A DNA stretch of 64,000 nucleotides from Candidatus Latescibacterota bacterium (GCA_965217865.1 CBDCJO010000002.1:224001-288000); one strand, 5' to 3'; positions 31,901 through 43,251 are shown, numbered from the stretch's first letter. Program-made: numbers and translations. Notes: generated by a model from the sequence alone, not told the origin.

Positions 31901-32506
31901 CTGCAGGAGCAGGCGGGCAAGACCGGAGCGAGGCTCAATTCAGGTGAGGCCCGCAAGCGCGCGGACTCGCTGCAAACACGTCTACAGAAACGGCTTGAGG
32001 AACTCCAGCTCGAGGCACAAATCTCCCCTCTGCCACCGGTGGTGCTGGGAGGATTGCTGGTCGTTCCCAAGGGGCTCATCGATGAAATGAGTGGGCGTGA
32101 ACCGGCGGGCACAAGAACGGCCGTGGATACGCAGGAATCGGCCGGCCGGGCGCGCAACATCATTATGGAGGTCGAGCGGAGTCTTGGATTTGACCCGACT
32201 GACCGGGAGTTCGAGAAACTGGGGTACGACATCGAAAGCCGGGTGCCGGACACGGGCAAGCTTCGATTCATCGAGGTCAAGGGACGGGCCAGCGGCGCCT
32301 CAACGATCACCGTCACGCGCAACGAGATTCTGTACTCCCTGAACAAGCCCGAGGACTTCATCCTCGGAATCGTGGAGTTCCAGGACGGCGGCCGGCATCA
32401 GGTCCACTACGTTCGCGAACCCTTTCAGCGCGAGCCGGATTTCGGGGTGACGAGCGCCAACTACGATTTTACAGAGCTGCTTGCGCGAGCGGAAGAGCCG
32501 TCATGA
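28931..32506 (+). CDS. SNF2-family helicase with C-terminal DUF3883 nuclease
   Basis: [34 protein letters not shown]; C-terminal GYDIES..FIEVKG; start inferred. Confidence 0.9.
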   Translation: MKLEDLQANAAVHGILSDSLVTVVSVQWFGSEALELTYKTPTGKVANELLYRHDEARLEIVEVGRPWSFDGDGALFRLVSEAQRIRLAHLFDPVLAVHTSVVEPLPHQITAVYESMLSRQPLRFLLADDPGAGKTIMAGLLIKELIARGDLQRCLVVCPGSLAEQWQDELYRRFQLPFDILTNDKLEAARTGNWFLEANLVIARLDKLSRNEDVQQKLQVPDCRWDLVVCDEAHKMSATLFGGEVKYTKRYRLGQLLSSLTRHFLLMTATPHNGKEEDFQLFMALIDGDRFEGRFRDGVHAADVSDLMRRMVKENLLKFDGTPLFPERIAHTVPYTLSEAEARLYKVVTDYVREEFSRAEALENDQRAGAIGFALTILQRRLASSPEAIYQSLRRRRERLESRLRELEVLQRVGQATIAFAAVGSELDPEDVEDLDEAPENEVEAAEEDILDRATAARSIAELRAEIETLKNLEGLALELRRSGTDTKWRELASLLGEIFTAGGLAGQIMEVDVPGAGKIPRPAPSPKQKLVIFTEHRDTLRYLDRRIRTLLGREESVVRIHGGMGREDRLKAQEAFRHDPHVQVLLATDAAGEGINLQRAHLMVNYDLPWNPNRLEQRFGRIHRIGQTEVCHLWNLVANETREGDVYRKLLDKLEQARQTLGGKVFDVLGKLHFEGRPLRELLVEAIRYGEQPEVRARLTTTVDHALDRGRLQDLLEESALAVDAMDASRVHRIREEMERSEARRLQPHYIESFFREAFQRLGGSAKQREASRYEITHVPAPVRNRDRLMGIGEPVLRRYERIAFEKSLVAPQGQPAAAFVCPGHPLLDAVIDLTLERHRDLLKRGAVLVDERDEGDKPRVLFYLEHAIQDASLTRSGDRRIISKRMLYVELDADGVTRHVHYAPYLDYRPLGEDDPGLEQIFERPQCAWIDRDVERKAQGYAVANVVPEHLAEVRDAKLALITKTEVAVKDRLTKEITYWDHRAEQLKLQEQAGKTGARLNSGEARKRADSLQTRLQKRLEELQLEAQISPLPPVVLGGLLVVPKGLIDEMSGREPAGTRTAVDTQESAGRARNIIMEVERSLGFDPTDREFEKLGYDIESRVPDTGKLRFIEVKGRASGASTITVTRNEILYSLNKPEDFILGIVEFQDGGRHQVHYVREPFQREPDFGVTSANYDFTELLARAEEPS

Positions 32507-32531
32507 AGGGGTCAGCAGAAGACAGAACGGC

Positions 32532-35531
32532 ATGAAGATCAAGAAGAAGCTGATTGAAGTCGCCTTGCCGCTGGATGCCATCAATAAGGCTGCTGCCTAC
32601 GAGAAGATGCCCGGAATCGGGCCACATCCACGAGGCTTGCATCTTTGGTGGTCGCGTAAACCGTTAGCTGCGGCACGGGCGGTGATCTTTGCACAGATGG
32701 TGGATGACCCGTCCGGGTATGTGGACGTGCTGCTGTCGGACACGAAAAAAAGGAGGGCTGCAGAGCGAGAGCTCAAGAAGCGCGTTGCGGGACATGCGGC
32801 GAAGCGGGCATTGGCCCGCGACGACGCGATCGCCGAACCTCAGCCGACGCTGGAAGAGGTCATCGCTGAGCAGGAGCGTAACCGATTGTTCACCCTACTC
32901 GAAGAATTGGTTCTTTGGGAGAACACTACGAGCGAAGAGGTGCTCGAACGGGCGCGGCGGGAGATCCGGCAGAGTTGGCGGCGGGCGTGTGCTGAGAACG
33001 CCGGCCATCCGCGTGCCAGGGAGTTGTTCGATCGTCACAAGCTCCCGGCTTTTCACGATCCGTTTGCGGGCGGAGGAGCGCTCCCGCTGGAGGCGCAGCG
33101 GTTGGGGCTGGAAGCGCATGCCAGCGACCTGAACCCGGTGGCCGTTCTGATCAACAAGGCCATGATCGAGATTCCGCCGAAATTCGCCGGCCGGGCGCCG
33201 ATGAATCCGGAGTTCCGAAAGGACAAGAACCTTTTCTCCCGAGAGGGGAAAGGGGCGCAGGGTTTAGCCGCAGACGTACGCTACTACGGCCAATGGATGC
33301 GCGACCAGGCCGAGAAGCGCCTCGGCCATCTCTACCCGAAAATCGAGGTCACCGCCGAAATGACAAAGGAGCGGCCCGACCTTGAACGCTATAAGGGACG
33401 ACGGCTGACGGTGATCGCCTGGCTGTGGGCGCGGACGGTGAAAAGCCCCAACCCCGCGTTTGCTGATGTCGAGGTGCCGCTGGCATCCACCTTCATGCTG
33501 TCGACGAAGAAGGGGAAAGAGGTTTATGTCGAACCGGTAATCGAGGACCGCGGGTATCGGTTTACAGTGAAGGTAGGCGCACCACCGAATTCTGCTAAGG
33601 CCGGGACGAAGCTATCGCGCGGGGCGAACTTCAAATGCTTAATATCTGGTACACCGATCGGGGGCGACTATATCAAAGCCGAAGGCAACGGCGGGCGCAT
33701 GGATGCACGGCTGATGGCTATCGTGGCCGAGGGCGACCGTGGTCGGGTCTACCTCGCACCGACTACCGATCATGAGCTGGCGGCGCGCCAAGCGAAGCCG
33801 GAGTGGATCCCAGGAAACGAGCTTGTCGGCAAATGCCGGGATCAGCTACCGCTCTACGGTATGAGTACCTTCGCCGACCTCTTCACCCCCCGCCAGCTCG
33901 TGGCGCTGACGACTTTCTCCGACCTGGTGACTGAGGCGCGGGCGCGGGTGGAGTGTGACGCCATCGTTGCTGGCCTCCCCGACGACAACCGACCGCTGCG
34001 CGAAGGTGGTGCAGGGGCAAAAGCCTATGCCGAGGCGGTGGGAGTGTATTTGGCGTTTGCAGTGGATCGTTGTAGCGACTTCAATAACGTCTGCACACGA
34101 TGGGTTCCCGGCAATCAGAAGGTGATGAGCCTATTCGGAAAACAAGCTATCGCTATGATCTGGGATTTTCCGGAAGCAGCCATTCTTCATGAGACGGTCG
34201 GTGGATTCGTTCCTACATCTAGATTCATTGCTGATTGCATTCTGAAACTGCCACAGCAAGGGACTGGGGGAGCCACACAACAAGATGCAATGACGAGCGT
34301 GCAAGCGAACGAAAAAGTAGTTTCAACAGACCCGCCTTACTACGACAACATCTGCTACGCTGATCTGTCCGATTTCTTCTACCTCTGGCTGCGCCGCTCG
34401 TTGCAGCCCATCTTTCCCGATCTCTTCTCCACACTCGCCGTCCCCAAAGCTGAGGAGTTGGTTGCCACCCCCTATCGTCACGGGGGTAAGAAACAGGCCG
34501 AGCAGTTTTTTTTGGACGGTATGACCCGGGTAATGCATCGCGTGGCGGAACAGGCTCACCCGGCTTTTCCCGTAACGATTTACTATGCGTTCAAGCAGTC
34601 CGAGGTCCGGGACGGCACCGGCACTGCGAGTACCGGCTGGGAAACGTTCCTCGACGCAGTGGCTCGTTCCGGCTTCGCGATTAGCGGTACGTGGCCGCTT
34701 CGGAGTGAACAGCAGTATCGAATGAACAGCTTGGCCGCGAATGCCCTCGCCTCCAGCATTGTCCTGGTCTGCCGCCGGCGTCCTTCCAACGCCCCGCTGG
34801 CCAGTCGCCGCGAGTTCATTGTCGCGCTGAAGGCAGAGCTGCCCGCCGCGCTCGCCCAGCTGCAAGCCGGTAACATCGCCCCGGTTGACCTCGCCCAGGC
34901 CGCCATTGGCCCGGGCATGGCGGTCTACACCCACTACGCCAAGGTGCTGGACGCCGAAGGCAACGCCCTCTCGGTGCGCGAAGCGCTGGTGCTGATCAAC
35001 CAAACTCTCGATGAAACGCTGGTCCAACAGGAGGGCGACTTCGACTCCGACAGCCGCTGGGCGTTCGCGTGGTTCGAGCAGTCCGGCTTCGACGAGGGCG
35101 AGTACGGCATCGCCGAGACGCTTTCCAAGGCCAAGAACACGAGCGTCACGGGTATGGTGGAGGCGGGGATTCTGGCCTCAAAGGGAGGGACGGTCCGGCT
35201 GCTGAAGCCCGAGGAACTGTCCGCCGTGTGGGATCCAACAACCGACCCGAGGCTGACCGCTTGGGAGATGGTTCATCATCTCGTACGAGCGCTGGAGACC
35301 GACGGTGAAAGCGCCGCAGCCGAGCTCGCGGCCCAACTCGGCGCCAAGGCCGAGGCAGCTCGCGAGTTGTGCTACCGCCTGTACACGCTATGTGAGCGCA
35401 GGAAACGCGCGGCGGAGGCGCTCTCCTACAACAGCCTGGTGCAGAGCTGGCCCGAGATCAGTCGCTTGGCGCGAGAAGAGCAGAAGGCCGAAGCTGAACA
35501 GACTACCCTGTTTGAGGGTGGGGAGAACTGA
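32532..35531 (+). CDS. DUF1156 adenine DNA methyltransferase
   Basis: KKLIEVALPL, LHLWWSRKPL, DPFAGGG and TDPPYY motifs. Confidence 0.9.
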   Translation: MKIKKKLIEVALPLDAINKAAAYEKMPGIGPHPRGLHLWWSRKPLAAARAVIFAQMVDDPSGYVDVLLSDTKKRRAAERELKKRVAGHAAKRALARDDAIAEPQPTLEEVIAEQERNRLFTLLEELVLWENTTSEEVLERARREIRQSWRRACAENAGHPRARELFDRHKLPAFHDPFAGGGALPLEAQRLGLEAHASDLNPVAVLINKAMIEIPPKFAGRAPMNPEFRKDKNLFSREGKGAQGLAADVRYYGQWMRDQAEKRLGHLYPKIEVTAEMTKERPDLERYKGRRLTVIAWLWARTVKSPNPAFADVEVPLASTFMLSTKKGKEVYVEPVIEDRGYRFTVKVGAPPNSAKAGTKLSRGANFKCLISGTPIGGDYIKAEGNGGRMDARLMAIVAEGDRGRVYLAPTTDHELAARQAKPEWIPGNELVGKCRDQLPLYGMSTFADLFTPRQLVALTTFSDLVTEARARVECDAIVAGLPDDNRPLREGGAGAKAYAEAVGVYLAFAVDRCSDFNNVCTRWVPGNQKVMSLFGKQAIAMIWDFPEAAILHETVGGFVPTSRFIADCILKLPQQGTGGATQQDAMTSVQANEKVVSTDPPYYDNICYADLSDFFYLWLRRSLQPIFPDLFSTLAVPKAEELVATPYRHGGKKQAEQFFLDGMTRVMHRVAEQAHPAFPVTIYYAFKQSEVRDGTGTASTGWETFLDAVARSGFAISGTWPLRSEQQYRMNSLAANALASSIVLVCRRRPSNAPLASRREFIVALKAELPAALAQLQAGNIAPVDLAQAAIGPGMAVYTHYAKVLDAEGNALSVREALVLINQTLDETLVQQEGDFDSDSRWAFAWFEQSGFDEGEYGIAETLSKAKNTSVTGMVEAGILASKGGTVRLLKPEELSAVWDPTTDPRLTAWEMVHHLVRALETDGESAAAELAAQLGAKAEAARELCYRLYTLCERRKRAAEALSYNSLVQSWPEISRLAREEQKAEAEQTTLFEGGEN

Positions 35532-37477
35532 GCGGATAGTCACTCTGATACCACTCGGTACGCTTACTTCAAAGCGTCGAAGCAAGTCGGACGACCTGGG
35601 ATTCAAAGTGCGAAGGGGTGTTGATGTTTTTCCATCGGTAGGCGACCCCGTGTTACTTCCGACAGATGTCCAGCTACGCGCACTGATTGAGGGTGAGAGC
35701 GGCGATGTCGGTGGACGTATCCAGATTGGAGTATGCCCGACGGCTGGCGGCGAGCCCGTCCACGTCGATCCGGACAAGCTATTCGGCCGGCACTTGGCCG
35801 TGCTAGGCAATACCGGGGCGGGAAAATCCTGCACGGTAGCAGGATTGGTTCGGTGGTCACACGAAGCCGCGCAAGAGGCACGTGCGGAAGGCAACCCGAA
35901 TGCCAGATTCATCATTCTGGACCACAATGGAGAGTATGCTCGGGCATTCAGCGATCTTAGTCCACGTGTATTTCAGGTGGAGGGCAGTGGCTCCGCAAGC
36001 GCACTCAAGGTACCGGCGTGGCTGTGGAATGGAGAGGAATGGTCTGCGTTTACCGGCGCTGCGCCGGGGGTGCAACGACCGATCCTGTTTGACGCGATCC
36101 GAAGACTAAGGTCTGGCGCTGGTGAACCGGATGCCTTTGCAACGCGGGTTCGCGGACGAGTAAGGCGATATCGCACTGAGCTGTCGCTAAGAATTCAGAG
36201 AGGCGACCACCTGCAACTTGGACGACGAGAGGGCGTCGCTCAGCTGTTGATCAATCTGGCGTCCGATTTCGAAGAACTTGCTGGGGATTCCGAGAACCCG
36301 TTATATATGAATCTACTACAGACAGTCGTCGACTGTTCGCGCAATCTTGAAGAAGCTGCAAGAGGCCAGGAAAAGCAAGACGGAGGCTTTTGGCACAACG
36401 ACTTTGCAGAAGTGAATCTTGGAGAAGTTCAGCAAGCTCTGAAAGCAATGGCACAGCAAGCTGGACTGTCTGATGAGGACATCATCTCCGGAGAGGATAC
36501 CCCGAAGTTCTTCCCCGCTCGGGAGCTTCCTAGGTTCGTGGAGGCACTCGCCGCGGATGCTGCAGGACGCGATGTCTCCCAATTTGTTGACTCGTTGAAC
36601 CTCAGAATTCGAGGCCTATTTGCGGCTGGTCCTCTCGCGTCAATCGCAGACCCTGGTCACGTAGCGTCGTCGCTGGAGGAGTGGCTCAAGGATCACGTCG
36701 GCGCCGACCAGGCTGCGAACGGTCCGCTAGCTGTGCTGGACCTCTCACTTGTCCCGTCCGAGGCCGTACATGTCGTAGTGGCCGTGTTAGCGCGCATGGT
36801 CTTCGAAGCAGTTCAACGCCACAGAAGGTTAACGGGCGGAACTTCCCACAGTGTTGGTGCTTGATGAGGCCCACACATTTGTGCACCGGGAGCTTACATC
36901 CGAGACGGCCACGGCTGCCGGGAGAACATGCTGTCGGATGTTTGAGCGAATTGCGCGAGAGGGAAGGAAATTCGGGCTCGGATTGGTGCTGGCTTCTCAA
37001 CGCCCGTCGGAAATATCGCCGACCGTTCTCTCCCAATGCAACACGTTCCTGTTGCACCGCATTGTCAACGACCGAGACCAAGATTTGGTGAAACGCCTCG
37101 TCCCGGATGGGTTGTGTGATCTCCTTCGAGAACTGCCGAGTCTCCCATCTAGTACCAACCTGCGGAAATTCGCGTAATCTGATTTCCTAGCAAAAACAGG
37201 ATGTTAAGGGCGGATTTGCACGCATAAACTTGCGCAGCTAATTACTAGACGGGCGATTCTTCTGGGCTGGGGAGCACCGGCACCGCTTCTTTCGGAGGTG
37301 CGGGAGCTCCCGAATGCCCACCGCCCGCATTCGCCAGATCCGGCTTTTTGGGATGTCTGGACTGGGACCAAAGAATGCGGAATTGACTGGTCAAAGATTT
37401 CTAATCTCTGGGGTTCATCTCCTGAACCGAAGGGTGCAATACCAAACCCTGAAGCCCCTCACGAGACTCAGGAGTAA
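35532..37477 (+). pseudogene. HerA/FtsK-like ATPase: 5'-truncated, frameshifted near 36840, MITE-disrupted
   Basis: HLAVLGNTGAGKS, LDEAH, REGRKFGLGLVLASQRPSE; tail RPHSPDPAFWDVW is restored by MITE removal. Confidence 0.85.
37153..37244. mobile_element. 92-bp MITE, copy 2
   Basis: CTAG direct repeats at 37149-52 and 37245-48. Confidence 0.9.
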
Positions 37478-37480
37478 CGT

Positions 37481-40400
37481 ATGGCGATAACGAATCACGA
37501 ACGGGTCGGCAAGGCGCTGGATCTGCTCAAAGCGGGTCTGGGGCCGTTTGTCGAACGCGAGATCAGGAGTGCCTTGGAGTCACGCCAATTGGACGCCCAT
37601 CAATTGCGCGACTACGGGGAAGATCGCGTGTTGGGAAACAAGCCTATCCCTGAGCAGGACGTGGCCGGACTGCTCAAGCTGATGTGGGAAACCTGGAACG
37701 AGGTCTTTCGAAAGATTCTGGGACCGGCGGAGCGGGGTTTCGTCGGCGAGTTGCGCGGCCACCGCAACCAGTGGGCACACCAGGAGAGTTTCTCCAGCGA
37801 TGACGCCTATCGAGCTTTGGATTCGGTGGGCCGACTCCTTGCCGCGGTATCCGCACCGCAGTCAGAAGAGCTCGAGAAGCGCAAGCTGGAGCTGCTGCGG
37901 GTGCGTTTCGACGAACAGACGCGCGGGGAACGGCGCAAGCAGGCGGGAACGGCGATTGAAAGCGCCTCCGCGGCCAGCCTGAAGCCCTGGCGGGAAATCG
38001 TCACCCCCCACAAGGACGTTGCAAGTGGGCGATACCAACAAGCCGAGTTTGCCGCCGATCTCTGGCAGGTGCACCTGGGTGAAGGGACAGACGAGTATCG
38101 AGAACCCGTCGAGTTCTTCCGGCGAACGTATCTGACGGAAAGCCTGAAGGGTCTGTTGGTTGGGGCCATCCACCGTCTTGCAGGCAAAGGAGGCGATCCC
38201 GTCGTTCATCTCCAGACGAACTTCGGCGGCGGCAAGACCCACTCCATGCTGGCCCTGTATCACTTGTTCTCCGGGGTAGCCTCCGGGGAACTGGACGGGA
38301 TCGACCCCGTTTTGCAGGAGGCGGAGGCCACGGAGCTTGCGACGGTTCGCCGGGTCGTGTTGGTTGGAAACAAGATCTCCCCGGGGAACCCGGTCACCAA
38401 ACCGGATGGCACGGTCGTCCGAACACTCTGGGGTGAGCTGGCGTGGCAACTGGGCGGCAAGAAGGCGTTCAAGCGCGTCGCGGCCGACGACGAAAAGGCG
38501 ACCAGTCCAGGCGATGCACTGCGGGAACTCTTCAATGCATATGGTCCTTGTCTGATCCTCATCGATGAGTGGGTTGCCTACGCCAGACAGCTGCACGATC
38601 AGAGCGACCTCCCCGCCGGAGGCTTCGAGACCCAGTTCAGTTTTGCCCAGGTGCTCACGGAATCGGCCAAACTCGCCAACAACTGCCTACTCGTAATCAG
38701 CTTGCCGGCTTCGGACACGGCCAGGTCCCCCCACGCCCAGGCCGATGACGTCGAGGTCGGTGGGCAACGCGGGCGGGAGGCACTCGACCGCCTGCGGAAC
38801 GTCGTTGGGCGTATCGAATCGTCCTGGCGGCCGGCCAGTGCCGAGGAAAGCTTCGAGATTGTTCGCCGGCGGCTTTTCGAGCCCTTCACGGACCCTGTCC
38901 AATTCAGGGATAGGGACGTGGTTGCACGGGCATTTTCCGAGTTCTATCGGACCCAGCAGCAAGAGTTTCCGCCTGAGTGCCGGGACGCGGACTACGAGAA
39001 GCGGATCAAGGCAGCCTATCCGATACACCCCGAGATCTTCGATCGCCTGTACACGGATTGGTCGACGCTGGTGAAGTTCCAGCGCACGCGGGGCGTGTTG
39101 CGGTTGATGGCGGCCGTGATTCACAGCCTGTGGGAGAAAGGCGACAGGAACCCGCTGATTCTGCCGGCGAACATAGCGATCGATGATCCACGCGTACAGT
39201 TCGAGCTGACCCGGTATCTCCCCGAAAACTGGGTGCCGGTAATCGAGAAAGACGTGGACGGGCCCAACTCGCTGCCGCTCAAGATTGACGGCGCGCTTCC
39301 GAACCTGGGAAAGTTCCACGCTTCCAGACGCGTCGCGCGAGCGATTTATCTCGGATCCGCACCCACTGCCGATGCGGCGCATCGAGGTATCGAGGACCGT
39401 CGCGTCAAACTCGGCTGTGTCATGCCGGGAGAGTCTCCAGCGGTCTTCGGCGATGCACTGCGACGTCTGGCGAGTTCGGCGACGTACCTCTACCAGGATG
39501 GTCCTCGTTACTGGTACTCCACGCGGCCAACCGTCACCAAGCTGGCGGAGGATCGCGCCGAGCAGTTGAAGCATAACCCAGACAAGGTAGTGCAGGAGCT
39601 CGGTTGGCGACTCCGCTCGGATCTCCGCAAAACGGGTGACTTCAAACGGGTTCATCCTCTCCCGCAGTCCGGGCAGGACGTTCCGGATGATCGTGAGGCA
39701 CGACTTGTGGTGCTCGGAGTCGACACGCCCTACAGCAAAGAGAAGGGAAACCCCGCAGAGACCACGGCTCAGGCCATCCTGAAATTGCGGGGTAGCGCGC
39801 CGAGGATTTATCGCAACACGCTGGTGTTTCTGGCCGCGGACAAGACGAGGCTGCAGGATCTGGATGAGGCGGCCCGGCGGTACTTGGCATGGGAATCGAT
39901 ACTCGGCGATCGGGAACAGCTCAACCTTCCTCCTGATCAGGTCAAGCAGGCCGAAAACCGAAAGGAAGACGCGTCCAGCGCGGTTACGGCCCGGCTCCCG
40001 GAGACGTACCAGTGGCTCCTGGTTCCGGTTCAGAGCCGTCCCGAGGCCTCGATGGAGTGGCAGGCCATGAGGCTGTCGGGCCAGGATTCGCTCGCAGCCA
40101 AGGCGAGCAAGAAGCTGAAAACCGATGAGCTGCTGGTCACCGGCTTTGCCGCCACTCGGCTACGGATGGAGCTTGATCGCGTGCCTCTCTGGCGCGGCGA
40201 CCACGTGTCGATCCAACAAATCGTCGAGGATTTTGCGCGGTATCTCTATCTGCCACGGGTCAGCGACCCGACGGTTCTGCTGAACGCAATCAGCAACGGA
40301 ATCCCCCTTCTTACCTGGGAACAGGAGACGTATGCGTTCGCGGACAGCTTTGATGATGAGGCAAAGCGATATCGTGGTTTACGTGGTGGGCAAGTGGTTT

Positions 40401-40822
40401 CGTTACCGGATGCAGATGCTCCCGGATTGCTCGTCAAGCCGGATATCGCGCGTCAACAGCTCGATGCCGAGAGGGCACCCTCGGCCAGCAGTAGAGAAGT
40501 CGCCGGCGCAGGGACGGGTGGCGAGAGCCCGGTTCCCGGCGGAGGACCGAGTTCCGGGGAGGTTCCGTCGGGCACACCGCCGCCACAACCTACCCGGTTC
40601 CATGGGACCGTTGCTCTTGATTCCGCCCGGGTAGGCCGCGACGCGAGCCGGATTGCGGATGAGGTGATCTCACATCTTTCCGGCTTGGTGGGGGCTAAGG
40701 TCAAGGTGACCCTCGAAATAGAAGCCGAGGTGCCGTCAGGTGCCCCGGATCAGGTCATTCGCACGGTCACGGAGAACAGCCGGACACTGAAGTTCACGAG
40801 TCAGGGCTTTGAAAAAGAATAA
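37481..40822 (+). CDS. Swt1-like HEPN plus DUF499 AAA+ ATPase
   Basis: RNQWAH; LKPWRE, EFAADL, QTNFGGGKTHS, LIDEW and YPIHPE motifs. Confidence 0.9.
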   Translation: MAITNHERVGKALDLLKAGLGPFVEREIRSALESRQLDAHQLRDYGEDRVLGNKPIPEQDVAGLLKLMWETWNEVFRKILGPAERGFVGELRGHRNQWAHQESFSSDDAYRALDSVGRLLAAVSAPQSEELEKRKLELLRVRFDEQTRGERRKQAGTAIESASAASLKPWREIVTPHKDVASGRYQQAEFAADLWQVHLGEGTDEYREPVEFFRRTYLTESLKGLLVGAIHRLAGKGGDPVVHLQTNFGGGKTHSMLALYHLFSGVASGELDGIDPVLQEAEATELATVRRVVLVGNKISPGNPVTKPDGTVVRTLWGELAWQLGGKKAFKRVAADDEKATSPGDALRELFNAYGPCLILIDEWVAYARQLHDQSDLPAGGFETQFSFAQVLTESAKLANNCLLVISLPASDTARSPHAQADDVEVGGQRGREALDRLRNVVGRIESSWRPASAEESFEIVRRRLFEPFTDPVQFRDRDVVARAFSEFYRTQQQEFPPECRDADYEKRIKAAYPIHPEIFDRLYTDWSTLVKFQRTRGVLRLMAAVIHSLWEKGDRNPLILPANIAIDDPRVQFELTRYLPENWVPVIEKDVDGPNSLPLKIDGALPNLGKFHASRRVARAIYLGSAPTADAAHRGIEDRRVKLGCVMPGESPAVFGDALRRLASSATYLYQDGPRYWYSTRPTVTKLAEDRAEQLKHNPDKVVQELGWRLRSDLRKTGDFKRVHPLPQSGQDVPDDREARLVVLGVDTPYSKEKGNPAETTAQAILKLRGSAPRIYRNTLVFLAADKTRLQDLDEAARRYLAWESILGDREQLNLPPDQVKQAENRKEDASSAVTARLPETYQWLLVPVQSRPEASMEWQAMRLSGQDSLAAKASKKLKTDELLVTGFAATRLRMELDRVPLWRGDHVSIQQIVEDFARYLYLPRVSDPTVLLNAISNGIPLLTWEQETYAFADSFDDEAKRYRGLRGGQVVSLPDADAPGLLVKPDIARQQLDAERAPSASSREVAGAGTGGESPVPGGGPSSGEVPSGTPPPQPTRFHGTVALDSARVGRDASRIADEVISHLSGLVGAKVKVTLEIEAEVPSGAPDQVIRTVTENSRTLKFTSQGFEKE

Positions 40823-41019
40823 GTTGAGGATCTCTCCCACCCACAATTCGCGGGCCACGTGTTCGGTCAGCGCGGCCCAGTTCACAGGGGTCGTCCCGCT
40901 GTGGCTCCCAAGTAGGTCCGATTGGTGCGCGATGGGGCTTGAATCTGAGGTCTTCACGGCGGTTGCACTATCCTGGGACGATGGCTTCGCGGATCCCTTT
41001 CACCGGACCACTCAGGCTG

Positions 41020-42023
41020 GAGAAAGCTTCTCTGGTGGCAGCCATGCGCGAAGTTGTAACTACCGGCAACGGGCTCAAGCTGATCCTGGCCTTTACGCAC
41101 TTCGACGAGGTCAAAGGAGATAATCTCCCCAGCGACAAGAGCGTCCTTGAGGAGATATTCGAAGAGGAACTCGACAACCTGTTGAGGGATGATGATACCT
41201 TCCAAAAGGTCGCCGATGCCCTGATGGATGAGATCGAGAAGCGCTTCGATCTGCTCCCTCCGTGGGTAAGGATCTCGGTCCTTATGCAGAGCGCATTTTG
41301 CGGAAGCGTATCAACGAGGCCCGCTTCTTTCTCGCCAACCTCCAGGAGCCCCTTACGGAGGAAACTAGCGCGGGTAGGCGAACCTTGGGTCAGCTCCGAA
41401 AGCTCCTCGGAGCCATCGATCAAGTCGTCGAGAAACCTCAGCTCTCGGAGGCAAAACCGGTTTACGACCGGATGAATCTCGCCCTCGAAATACGTAGTGC
41501 AGCCGAGGCCTTCCACGAGAAATGGCGTTCCAGGCTCGGTCTCGAGTACCGGCCGGAGATCAGGAAAGAACACTGGACACGAGTCAAGGCACTGAACCGT
41601 CGGCTCGCCACGATGGGGATGGATGAGTACGACTCGCTGAAGCCAGTCGCCGACCTCCGGACGGAGTTGATGGAGCGACTCTACGTATTCGTCCAGAATC
41701 CATTGCGCTGGGAAGCACATGAGCCTTCAGTTGAGGAGCGTCAGGGTATTTTTGACAATTTTGCCGACAACCTAAATCGACGTATCCGCGAGCTATCGAC
41801 TCGCCGGGTATGGCTGGAGCGCATGAGCGAGTGGGAGCACGCCTATTACAAATCTGGAAGAGGCTCCACGTTTGACCGAGCCCGCGTTATCGGGAACGAC
41901 ATCTACGAGTTAGCTGCACCGGTTCCGGACAGCACTCCTTTGCCGAACCGCAATCAGTTTCTTCGGGAAGTGGTTGATGAGGTCGATAAGGCGGTGGGGG
42001 AAGTTGGAGCAAAGCTGTTGTAG
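41020..42023 (+). pseudogene. Scrambled C-terminal part of a P-loop/GTPase-like protein
   Basis: LILAFTHFDEVKGDNLP segment, then a frame change; no N-terminus. Confidence 0.45.
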
Positions 42024-42141
42024 CGAAGAAGTTAAAAAGTATGAGGCCACTTGGCTTTGCGTACGTAATTCATCGTTGGCGGCAGGCCCCCACCACACGG
42101 AGTAAAGCGCAGGTCGCATCGGGCCCTGGCCCCTCCCGAAC

Positions 42142-43133
42142 AGCAGGCTGTCTTGGATCTGTTGCACTGCGAACGGTTTATGGATAAAGCCCCTCCTCAG
42201 GTCTGGGCCGAGTTGCTGGATGAAGGCCTGTATTTCTGCTCACTCAGCACGATGTATCGCATCCTGAAGGCACACGAGGAAGTCCGGGAACGCCGAAACC
42301 AGCTCAGACATCCGAACCATCCAGCGCCTCGCCTGGTGGCAACGGCGCCTAACCAGGTGTGGTCTTGGGATATCACGAAGCTGCTGGGGCCTGTCAAGTG
42401 GACGTTCTACTATCTCTACGTGCTCCTGGACATCTACAGCCGCTATGTCGTCGGCTGGATGGTCGCACGCCTGGAATCAGAGGTGCTGGCCAGGCGCCTC
42501 ATCGAGGAGAGTTGTAAAAAACAAGACGTTGTGCCGGGCCAATTGACCCTACACGCTGACCGGGGCGCTTCGATGACCAGCAAACCCGTGGCACTCCTGC
42601 TGGCCGATCTGGGGCTGACCAAATCGCACTCACGACCGCACGTGTCGAACGACAACCCCTACTCTGAGGCGCAGTTCAAGACCCTGAAGTATCGCCCGGA
42701 CTTCCCGGAACGCTTCGCTGGACTCGAACACGCCCGTTCATTCTGCCATGAGTTCTTCACCTATTACAACACAGAGCATCGCCACTCAGGCCTGGGCTTG
42801 CTGACCCCGGAATCTGTGCACTATGGCTACGCCAAGGAAATCCTTGACGCCCGTGAACAGACCCTGTGGCGTGCCTATATCGCCCACCCCGACCGTTTTG
42901 TGCAGGGTCCCCCGCAGCCAACCGACCTGCCTTCCGAGGTCTGGATCAATCCACCCCGGATCTCGGATAAGTCCCAGCAGGATCCAATCGTTATTACGCC
43001 AGGTGATACCAAATCGAACCCGGTCCCGATACCTGCACGGGGATCCACGGTTGCCGATGACACCTCTTATGGAGACGGCCGGAAACTTCACTGAATTCCA
43101 ACTTTCAGTGTCTCAAAATTGTTGAAATGTTCC
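42142..43133 (+). mobile_element. Partial IS3-family element (orfB only)
   Basis: WSWDITKL, HADRG and SNDNPYSE DDE motifs in ORF 42153-43094; orfA absent. Confidence 0.85.
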
Positions 43134-43251
43134 GAAGTGGGAAATCTATGGATATCACGTGGGGCATAGAACTGTCTGTTTGCCTTCCCACTTAAGTGGC
43201 TAAATTTCAATAAGCTCGGCAGTATGAGCTACAAATAGACGAGGACAACGA

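Noticed and set aside
35305-35531. N-terminal extension of HerA overlapping the MTase
   Set aside because: Alternate-frame read of the DUF1156 gene; the true HerA start is deleted
28931-40822. DISARM or BREX system
   Set aside because: No drmABC, pglZ or brxL-like genes seen
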